DNA of 64,000 nt from Callorhinchus milii (lineage: Eukaryota), in the NCBI RefSeq assembly GCF_018977255.1, contig NW_024704742.1, positions 116,066,001-116,130,000 of the forward strand. Reading direction: 5' to 3'. The notes under the pieces were generated by a model. The model was not told the origin of the DNA. It saw nothing but the letters and a program-made list of their open reading frames with translations, and did no database searches. The stretch's first letter is position 1. Each line of letters starts with the position of its first letter. Below, in pieces: positions 22,855 through 33,600 of this stretch. The translations under genes and the position numbers were made by a program.

Positions 22855-23072
22855 ATAATAATAATCCCTCCAAAAAACCCAAAACAATAATTAAATTGGT
22901 CATTTTCAATCTACGACTGTTTGTGGGACATTGCTGTGCGCAATTGGCTGCCGCGTTCGCCCACAAATATACAGTCAATTCACTTTACAGTGTGTTCTGT
23001 GAAGCGCTTTGGGACGTCCTCTTGACGTGAAAAGCGCTATATCAAATGCAAGGATTATTATTATTATTATTA
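22855..23072 (+). mobile_element. 5'-truncated SINE copy
   Basis: Body and tail nearly identical to 17735-17940. Confidence 0.85.
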
Positions 23073-24481
23073 TATAAGCCAATTATGTACCTTCTTATAC
23101 ATGGCCAATTTTTATGATGAAGTTATTTGATGGATTATGGTTTATATGTATTCATTGTTTATATGCATTCCTATTTTTTCAACAGGATAAAAAGAATCGA
23201 ACACATTCAGGAAAGGGAATGAGAAAATTGTATATTAAGTGAACTGTAATACACGATTCTGGATAATCCAGTAATGCGCCAGCTTCCCCAGCTCCACCAT
23301 CACCCAAACCTGATGTCCTCATCCTTTTACCGACATTAAACCTTACATGCCAACCATCACTGTTCTCTCCAGACTTCACATCTCCCAACAGATTGTTTTC
23401 TAGATCCTCATCTACAAATACCTTCACTTTTGCATAGCTTTACACTTCCCTACTCTTGTGATGTTGTCCAATCTCAATCTTTTTAATAATACTTTCAGTC
23501 ACAAATACACATACATGCATTCTGTGCAGCTATTATTGTCTAATAATACCCTCTGAAAATTTCGCCTGTTGTGCATTCCTCATCCACTCCGACTCACCAT
23601 CAATGGCTGATGATACCCCACCCCTTATTGGTCTTCAAAAGCAGCACAATAATCTACCTCTTTGACCGCTCTGGTCACCTTTCTTGGGGTCAGTGCATCA
23701 TTTCTATAAAGCATACCGAGAAGTTACTTGGCATAAAGAGAGCTACATAAATGCAACTTGTTGTAATGCAATGCACAATATCATCTATTCACCACTGTTT
23801 GTGGGAACCTGCTGTGCGCACTTGGCTGTTGAGTTTCGCCCACAAAATATACAATCAATTCACCTTACAGTATATTCTATGAAGCGTTTTGAGACATCTC
23901 AAAGACGTGATAAGGTGCTATATCAAATGCAATTATTATTATCATCTAGTAAACACAGATTGTGGCAATTCTGAATTTGCTTAGAACAGAACAACAAATT
24001 GCATTTATATAGTGTCTTTCATGTCGGGAGGATGTCTGTAATACAGTACTCTTCATTCCCATCACTTAACACAAACCAGCACATGTCACCACACTTATTA
24101 TTTTCTAAAGCATTTAATATCAAAATGTCTGGAGAGAGTCACCATCATTAAGAATGGTAGATTGCAGATATATTTAATTATTTGGGGATATATTTAAGTA
24201 TGCAGAGCTATGGGGAGAGCGCGGGGGAGTGGGATTGATTTGGAGAGCTCTTTTCAAAGAGCCGGCACGGACACGATGGGGCGAATGGCCTCCTTCTGTG
24301 CTGTATAATTCTATGACTTTATGATTTCCATATGGTAGGTCCTTATTTTTTTCCAGTAGGCTGCATGCAAATAAGCTGTGCTTTCAAAAGCAAAACGAAT
24401 AGCATTTGTCACGTCGCGTTTTTGAAATGTTTCCATAACACACAGACAGTGCAAACACTCGTGTTGTCAATGCAGAATTGT

Positions 24482-24803
24482 GGAGTCCTGTAGCTCAGTG
24501 GTTAGAGCACTCGCTTTGCAAGTGAGAGACCTGAGTTCAATTCCAGGCACAGGGCGAAACCTTGGGCAAGTTTCCTTACTCCACACAGAGCCTAATAATA
24601 ATCCCTCCAAAACCAAAAACAATAATAAATTGGTCATTTTCAATCCACGACTGTTTGTGGGACATTGCTGTGCGCAATTGGCTGCCGCGTTCGCCCACAA
24701 ATATACAGTCAGTTCACTTTACAGTATATTCTGCGAAGCGCTTTGGGACGTCCTCCCGACGTGAAAAGCGCTATATCAAATGCAAGGATTATTATTATTA
24801 TTA
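24482..24803 (+). mobile_element. Full-length copy of the same tRNA(Ala)-derived SINE
   Basis: Colinear and highly similar to 17626-17940, with (ATT)n tail. Confidence 0.9.
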
Positions 24804-25099
24804 ACAGCAAATGCATTTCAGGAGTGGCAATTTACACTCAAAAGTGGGGTAGAGTGAAAGCCCATTTAAACAGGTTGGGCCACAGAATCGAAGGCACGAA
24901 CATAGATCCTATTTTGTTCAACCAAAACAGTGCTTTGGTGGCGCATTCACCAAAACCCGTTACCCAAGACCAGGTCAGGAGTCCCGGACTTGTCAGCCTG
25001 GACCAGAAATATTCATTTGACATATTTTTGGTTGAATGATCAAAAAAAAAACGGAAATACCCTCTCTGATGAGCTTTGTCCTCGATAACAAACACGGGG

Positions 25100-26350
25100 C
25101 TGTGAGTCTTATCGCCGGTACTCGGCGCGGGTTAAACCTCTCTCCTTTGGCTGCCAATGGAGACGGCTTCGCAATGGTGACCGGCGCTGCTCTGCCGGAC
25201 CTTCGCGGCGAAGCCCAGTGTCTACACACAAGCGTTACCGCAGGTAAACATTCCCACCTTCAGCGCTTCTCCTCAGACCGCCCGCCCGCCCGCCCCCGGA
25301 AACGCCACCCGCGCGTTCGCCAATGACGAACAGCTCGTCCAAATAACGGCGCCGCTCGCTCACAGACACGGTCGGTTCACTCGGTGCCCCGCGGTCCGGA
25401 ACGGCGGCCGTAACCGAGAGAAACCTGTCCCGGCCGCTGCGACACCCCCGGCGTGACGATGGCGGCCGGGGACGAGGCGCGGCTCAGGATCGACGTGACG
25501 TAGCGCTGGCTCCGGCCGCCATGTTTGTGCGGGGCATTTTCAGAACGTCCCTTCCACTCGCTCTGCCGTGTTATCCTCTCACAAACACCTGCGGGATTTT
25601 AATATATATATATACACACACACACACAGAGACTGTATAGGTATAGATGGGGGTATAGCTCGGGTATTTGTGTAAAGTAAACCACTCGGTGTCTTGCAGC
25701 GTCGCGCACTGCGGGCCGCTGGGACAAGTAAAGTTGGGTTGAGCAGAAGCGGAAGTGACGCCGCGCGTGGTCGGCAATGGCGGCGGCCGCGTGAGCTCGC
25801 GCTGATCTGACGGTTGGGTTTTGAAGAGAGCCGCTCGCGCCGCCGGGGAAGACGCTGAGCAGGTGAGTGGCGGTCCCGCCGCTCCCCAAGAGCCCGGGGC
25901 CACCTGGTGCCGCTTGTGCTGAGCTGACTGGTGGTGTGGATGCCGCTCGCCTCGAGCCTCCCCCACAGAGCGGCCTGGCCCTGGCGCATGTAACCAGGTT
26001 ACACACATGCTGCGGCTCTGCCCACGCTGTAGCGATCCTCGCCGCTAACTGCAGCTTAAAGAGCGGCCCCAGCTTTCCTCTCATCCCCCCCCAACCCCCC
26101 ACCGGGCCTCGGGCAAAAAAATACCCCAACACAGAGCAGCCAGCGGCGGTCTTCAACCCCCAGTCAGCCCCCGAGGCCCTGGGCTGGGGCGGCAGACAAG
26201 CCCAGCCCGGTGTCCTGCCCCTCTCACTGTCAGGGCACCCTCCCTCCCTCCCTCCCTCCCTGTCCCGTCCCGAGGGTCTGGACGCCGACCCCGGCCTGTG
26301 CAGGACTGCCCGAGTCCCAGGCAGGGCAGGACCGGCCTCTTTTGAGCAGG
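25100..26350. promoter_or_regulatory. CpG-island bidirectional promoter shared by ANKRA2 (-) and UTP15 (+)
   Basis: Abrupt GC/CpG-rich island between two divergent genes. ETS/GABP-CRE composite GCGGAAGTGACG at 25749-25760. YY1-type ATGGCGGC motifs at 25459-25466 (+), 25515-25525 (GCCGCCATGTT, -) and 25777-25784 (+). Candidate ANKRA2 exon-1 donor AAG|GTGGGA (minus, 25258/25257). Confidence 0.85.
25760..25862 (+). other. UTP15: Probable non-coding first exon of UTP15
   Basis: Consensus donor CAG|GTGAGT at 25862/25863, downstream of the ETS-CRE and YY1 motifs. Start position approximate. Confidence 0.65.
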
Positions 26351-27698
26351 TTATGTTGGCGGATGTGTGGACCATTAGGAGGAGAACGGAGTTGAACACT
26401 TTCAGGAGAGTGGAAAATGTGGGATTGTGTGTGGTGTGTGTGTGTGTGTCGTGTCGGGGTGGGGGGTGTGTGGGGGGGAATAATTGTCTTGTCCTTAATA
26501 TTTTTTTCTCCTGAAAGGGAACAATGTTCCATGTGAGCCGATTGTCAACCTGGCACATGTCCCAGGGAGTGGGGGATGATGGGCTATTATTGCTCTGGTA
26601 TTTTTTTTGGGGGTTAACCCATGCGTTGACGCGAGTGGAAACCCATCACCGCGCTATGCTTAAGGGCAGGGTTGACCGCCTTACATCTTCTTGCAAGATT
26701 TATGGCTGGTTTTTTTTTTAAAAAAAAGATCTGCCAATTTCATAAAAACTTATTTCCTCAGTCTTCGGGTTCTAGGCTTTAAAACCGACCACTGCTCGCT
26801 TTCGTGCCCATCATTGAACTTATTTTGTATTGGTGGCGTCCTGGAATACTTGCTCAAATCTTTCATCAAGTAGGTCTCCCTATCTGTTTGTCGGTGTATC
26901 CAACAATCACGCAATAACCGATTGATGTAGAGACGTGATTTATACCTCATTGGAAAGGTCTCGGATCTGGCAGTGTCACGGGCATTTTTTTTCAGGGGGG
27001 GGGAGATCTCCAATCGTTGATGATGTATATTAAAAATTGCTTTAAGCCCCAAAATATGAGGTATGCATTGCATTCTGCAACTACATAGCGGCAGAGGAAA
27101 GTACACACTGTTCAGAGAGATGCATCTATGTTCTGCAACAAATGTATGGCAAACGCCCTGCTTGTCGGCCACCCCCAATCCTCCCTCCATAGGCTGCAGA
27201 TCATCCAGAACTCTGCAGCCCGTGACCTCTCCCACACCAGGCTCTGCAAACCTATCACCCCCATCCTCGCCCGACTCCACTGGCTTCCCATCATGCAGAG
27301 GATGCAGTTCAAGATCCTGGTCTTCACTTTCACTGTGGCCTTGCTCCCCCCTACCTCAGAGACCTCCTAACCACCTATCAACCTGTCCTCTCCCTCCGCT
27401 CGGCGGGCTCCAGCCTGCTTCATGTCGCCCACTATTGGTGGGTGGATCTTAATCCACTCTGCCCCCACCCTCTGGAACTTCATCCAGCAGTCCCTCCACC
27501 TGCCCCCCCCCACCTCCTTCAGGACCCTCCTCTTCGAACGTGCCTTGCAGTCACCATCCTTCCATCTATATTTAGACTTTTAGACCTTTTCTGATAACAA
27601 CAATGCTAATGGCAATCGAAAACTGATCTTTGAAACCTGTATGTTACAGGTTAATGTAACAGGGTGTGCAACACTTTCAGAATAAAAAAAGGAAGATA

Positions 27699-30600
27699 AT
27701 GGCTTCGTACAAGCCTACCGCAATTCAGAGCTGCCCAAAACCTGGAAAGAAGATTACTCAGGACACCGTGTACTGGAAAAGTTACAAGGTAGGAGCAGCG
27801 CAAAATGTTTGGTGATGCCGAGGGTGGTGTGGGGGGCGAGCGAGGGTGGTGCGGTCGGGGGGGCGAGCGAGGGTGGTACGGTGGGGGGGCGAGCGAGGGT
27901 GGTACGGGGTGGGGGGGCGAGCAGGGTGGTGCTGGGGGTTGAGCGAGGGTGGGCCAGGGGGCGGCGAGTGAGGGTGGGGCGGGGGGCGGCGAGTGAGGGT
28001 GGGGCGGGGGTAGAGAGCGAGCGAGGGCAGTGGGGCGGGGAGTGATTGAGGGTGGTGGAAAGCAGGGAGTGATTGAGAGCGGTGGGGGGCAGGGATTGAT
28101 TGAGAAGGTGGGTGTGGGGGGGAAAGAGTGATAATGGCTATATTAATTAATAATCTCAAGACATTGCTTAATTTTGAGTTCCTTGGTATAAAATGTGGAC
28201 GAATGAATTCTGTTAAAACTTCGCCTTGCTCCCTCCCTTGCCTAGTTCAAGGCACAACTCAATATGCTCCTTTTCAAACGTGCCTTCAGCTGCCCTTCTA
28301 CCTCTCTGCCCTCCCTCATCCCAACCGTGGCCTTCTACATTCGGGTCCTGATCCCTGACTGTTCAGCACCTTGGGATGTCCTCCTGATGTGAAATGTGCT
28401 TTACAAATGTAATTTTGTTGTTATTGTATAAAGTTCTGGATTTGAGCCATTCTCATTAGCTGAAAAATACCAGAAATGACAATTTTTCTTTCTTTCAGAC
28501 TCCAATTCAGATAAAGGAGTTTGGTGCTGTAACAAAAGTCGATTTTTCTCCAATTGCTCCATACAACTATGCAGTAACAGCTTCTGCAAGGGTGAGTACA
28601 GGGTTTAGTATGCATTTGTCTGAAAACTATTGAGCATCCTCAATTTGATTTAGTTATATCGTATAGAGAATGTTACCCATAAGAACAATAATATTACATG
28701 TATTTCTATACAAACTTGTCTACTGTATTTGATAACATGTAATTGTTGCAATGCAAGTGTAGACAGGTGTGGGAGTAAATATTTCAAATGAACTATTTCA
28801 TTGAACCTGTGGTGCTAATGTATTTCAAAATAATGCAAATTCTTGATGGACTAAAGAGCAAATCAAAGGCCCTCATTAACATGTGGCTTGCTACATGTGA
28901 TTTTTTGTTATGCATTCAGATGATGCCTTTCACATCAGGAAGACATCTCAAAGTGCTTTGCATCATTTACTGCAGAGTATAGTGACATTGTATTTTGTAG
29001 GCAAACATTACAGCCAGTTTGTGCGCAGAAATGCCCGACATACAGTCATGAAGTGAATAACCCTTTATTATCTGAGGGATTGTTTGTCAGGACATTTGGA
29101 GAAACTCCCTTCTCCTTCAAATGCTGTTGTGAATTTTCAGTTGATACTGAGCAACCTTACTTGATTTTAAATAAGCAAAAGTATAGAACTTGAGTAATTA
29201 TCCATAATTATAATAATCTTTGTATTTGATATAGCGCTTTTCGCATCTTCTAGATGTCTCAAAGTGCTTCACAGAATATGCTGTAAAGTGAATTGACCAT
29301 ATATTTGTGGGCGAATCTATTAATGTATATGTATTTTAATAATTGTTGGATTATTGTTTTGACAGACTCTTGTAAAAATTCTAACAACAGGTGCTTGCTT
29401 TCTAGGTTCACATATATGGTCGGTATTCTCAGGAACCTATAAAAACGTTCTCCCGGTTTAAGGATACTGCGTACTGTGGTACATACAGAGAGGATGGAAA
29501 GCTGCTTGTTGCAGGCAGTGAGGATGGTGTTGTCCGTCTCTTTGATCTTGGCGGCCGAGCAGCACTCCGCGACTACAGAGGACATACAAAGTAAGCTTAT
29601 TATTGAGGAAGAAGTAACCAAACTGTAGGGTAACGAAATGTTAGCTCTGCTGCTAAAATAACATTAAACACGGTTGGATATTGCAATCTGGAATCTTTTT
29701 TTCTTTTGAGTTGTAATGTTATGAGAAATCAACAGAAAATTTACAGGATTACTTTTCTTTCCCTTGCAGAGGAGTTCATGTCACTGCGTTCACATCTGAC
29801 AAATATCGGTTGATGTCTGGGTCAGATGATTACTCGGTCAAACTTTGGGACATTCCAACCTCAACAGAAATCTTCACCTTAACAGAGCATACAGATTACA
29901 TCCGCTGTGGGTGCACCAGTAATTTAAATGCAGACCTCTTCGTTACAGGTAGGTAGTTCTGTGCTTGGTGGCAGTACATGAACAAAATGTAATATTTACC
30001 GCTGACCATTTGTCTCAATCTTTGCAGCTAATGATTGCGTTCATATCGAATAGTAAACCTCTTTAAAGAATTGGAAACATGATAGAATTAATCATTGGCA
30101 AAAATGTACAAAGATGACCTAATAAATGCTAGTCAGCACAAATTCAGAAGAGATAGATTTTGTCTGACCAATCTCACAGGCTTTCATAGAATCATACAGC
30201 CCAGAAAGAGGCCATTCGGCCCATTGGGTCTGTGCCGGCTCTTTGAAAAGAACTTCCAAATCAATCTCACTTCCCCGCGCTCTCCCCATAGTGCTGCAAA
30301 CTTGTCTCCCAAAATAATTATCTACTCTATCAAAAGCTGTTTTCGAATTGGCTTCCACCACCCTTTCAGGTAATGCATTCCAGATCCGAACAACTCGCTG
30401 TTTGAAAAAAATGTCTCCTCACCTCCCCTCTGTCTCTTAACAACTATTTTAAGTCGGTGTCCTCGGGTTACCGACCCAGCGACCAATGGAAATAGTTTCT
30501 CCTTGTTCACCCTATCGAATCCCCCCATAATTTTGAAAACTTCTATTAAGTCTCCTCTTAACCTTTTCTGCTCCAAGGAGAATAATCCTAACTTCTCTAG

Positions 30601-33600
30601 GTTCTCCTCATGACTGAAGTCCCTCATTCCTGGTACCATCTTGGTAAATCCTCTGCACTCTCTCCAATGCCTTGACATCCCTCCTAAAGTGTGGTGCCCA
30701 GAACTGAACACATTACTAGCTGAGGCCTAACCAATGTTTTATAAAGGTTCATCATAACTTCCTGACTTTTGTATTCTATGCCCCTATTTAAAAAGCCTAG
30801 TATCCCGTATGCTTTTTTAACAGCTTCATCTACCTGTCCTGCCACCTTCAAAAATTTACTTATATGAACTCAAAGATTTACTTAAATGAATGTTTGAACA
30901 GGCACCATCACAAATTAACTGTAGAAGCCATAGTTTCTCAAACACTTCCAAAAAGTGTTTGAGAAAGTACAACATGAAGATCTCATTCACAGAATGTCAC
31001 TGGCTATTAAGGGTAAGATGTGGACATTCATTTAAAATTAGCTGAAGGAATGAAGCAGAGGGCATTATTAGGGGAGATAGACCAAAATGATGAGGAGGGA
31101 CAAAGTATTAAGTAGGATACCACATGGACCCCTCCTGTTCCTGTTTGACCTAGTTCACAGACACAATGTAAGATAGTTAAATTTGCAGATACACCAAGTT
31201 GGGGACAACTGGATGTGGAGGTGTTTGCAAATGTCTTACAAAGAAAGCTTGATAGGGTATGCACATGGGTTGATGACTAGCAAACCACAATCAATACAAG
31301 GTACAGCATACAGGAAGTATGAGTTGCATGTTTTCCATGGTTGGGATAGAACCTGCCAAAGGTGGTTAGAGACCAAAAGGTGTTGACTGTCCTGAATATC
31401 ACCTTGTTATATCAATATGAGGCAGCAATCCAAAAGGGAGGCAGGATGCTGATATATTGCCAAATCAATTGAGTTTAGTTACCCAGAGTTTAGATCATAT
31501 TCAAGCTGTGCAGTGCCCTGATCAGACCACAATTGGATTCTGGCTTCAGATTTGGTCAGTCACTCCATGACTGTTTGAGGGATACGGCTGGAAGGGTGCA
31601 AATTGGTATTCACCCGCAAAATACACAAAATATACCACTTTGTGTGACCAAGGGTAGGTATTCTGGAGAATGGAGATTAAATGGAATGAATGGCCTTCTT
31701 CACCCAAACTTTGCTTGTGAGTGGTAATATCCATTGCAGAAGGTGGAAATAAATTGCTGTCCTTGTATAGCAATGAGAAAAAGGTTGAATTGAATCGACT
31801 TTTCTGTATAACCTCTAATTTTGTTTTCTCTTTTCATTGCCTCATAGGGTCATATGATCACACAGTGAAGGTATTTGATGCACGAGCAGATAGTTGCGTG
31901 ATGACTATGGAACATGGCCAGCCAGTAGAAAGTGTGCTGCTTTTCCCATCTGGTGGACTTTTAGTGTCAGCAGGTCGATATGCTTTTTTTTGACAATTTT
32001 CTACTTCAGTGCGATTTGTATAGCTGCATGAGGTTTGTTGAGGGCAGAGAATTGTATAATAATGGAGGTAAATTTCATGAAATGTTTAGCAAAGGGCCAA
32101 CATAATCCTGTATAATCTTCTTATCTAAATGGCATTTAACCTCTTAAGTGATTTGTGCTTCTAATTCTTGAAACAAGTAATGCTTTATTAAGACCCCTAG
32201 TGTACAACTTTCCAACAAGTATTTTTGTTGATTTTATAGTTGCTATGTAGTATTTAAGTGAATGAATTGTGGTTTTAAGATCCCTGTTTTTTAATCTTAG
32301 CATTAAAAATAACAACAAATTACACTTGTTACAAATTACACCCTTCACGTCGGAAAGACATCCTGGGGTGCTGGGACTCGATGATAGCACTCGATGATAG
32401 TTTATTTTCCATAGCAATTAGTATATTCATGTACCATGCATTTCTGATTCTGTTGAGCATTTTAGTGGAGTGTATATTGTTCACTGAAATCAGTCCTCCC
32501 TCCCTCCTCCGCCAACCCCATAATTGGTATGTTAATGATGGTAGCTGTTCAAATATGGCAATTGGGTTTTAATAATAATAATAATAATAATAATAACCCT
32601 CGCATTTGATATAGCGCTTTTCACGTCGGGAGGACGTCCCAAAGCGCTTCACAGAACACACTGTAAAGTGAACTGACTGTATATTTGTGGGCGAACGCGG
32701 CAGCCAATTGCGCACAGCAATGTCCCACAAACAGTCGTAGATTGAAAATGACCAATTTAATTATTGTTTTTAGTTTTGGAGGGATTATTATTAGGCTCTG
32801 TGTGGAGTAAGGAAACTTGCCCAAGGTTTCACCCTCTGCCTGGAATTGAACTCAGGTCTCTCACTCGTAAAGCGAGTGCTCTAACCACTGAGCTACAGGA
32901 CTCCACAGTGAGAGCGAGTGGGTGAGAAAGAGAGGACGAGAGCGTGAGAGATGGTGTGCGTGTGTGTGTGTGTACGTGACAGGCTGCGTGTGAGAAATAG
33001 AGTGTGTGTGAGAGTGTGAGCGTGTGTGTGAGTGTGAGCGTGTGAGAGAGAGTGTGAGCGTGTGAGAGAGAGAGAGAGAGAGAGGGAGGGAGGGATAGGA
33101 ATTGGGGTGTAATGCCTCTCAAACTCCAACGCTGTCACACAGCTTCAGTGCAGTAAATCCGCACCCACACGTACACACGTCCGCGCCCGTAGTGTCAGAT
33201 CCAGGCTGTGCTGGGGGGGGTTTGTGTGGGGTGGTGGTGGGGGGGAAGAGGATTATTTTTATAATTATATAATTATAATATTATAATTTTATAATTATAA
33301 TAGGATTATAATTGCAATATCAGAATTAGTTACGTTGCTTTGAATCTTGCAAAGCCTACAAAGTGTTCTGAAACTTTCTAAACATTCTACAGCACTCTCC
33401 AATTTCAGTGCTAAATTGTGTTTTTGAAATTCTGAATGGAAGTTTTACCATTTTGAGAATGCGTAAACTTCCCATGGACTCTTCCTAATTGCTTGTAATT
33501 TCAATTTTAAAGGTGGCCAGTTTGTGAAAGTGTGGGATATGTTGAAAGGAGGACAGCTACTGGTTTCATTACGAAACCACCACAAGACTGTCACCTGTTT

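Noticed and set aside
25571..26558. Long ORFs (319, 215, 145 aa) over the CpG island
   Set aside because: Stop-poor GC-rich promoter DNA, overlapping on both strands, running through microsatellites, with no recognisable domain.
33255..33315. AT-only palindromes (AATTATAATATTATAATT)
   Set aside because: Expected by chance in (ATA/TAT) low-complexity sequence.
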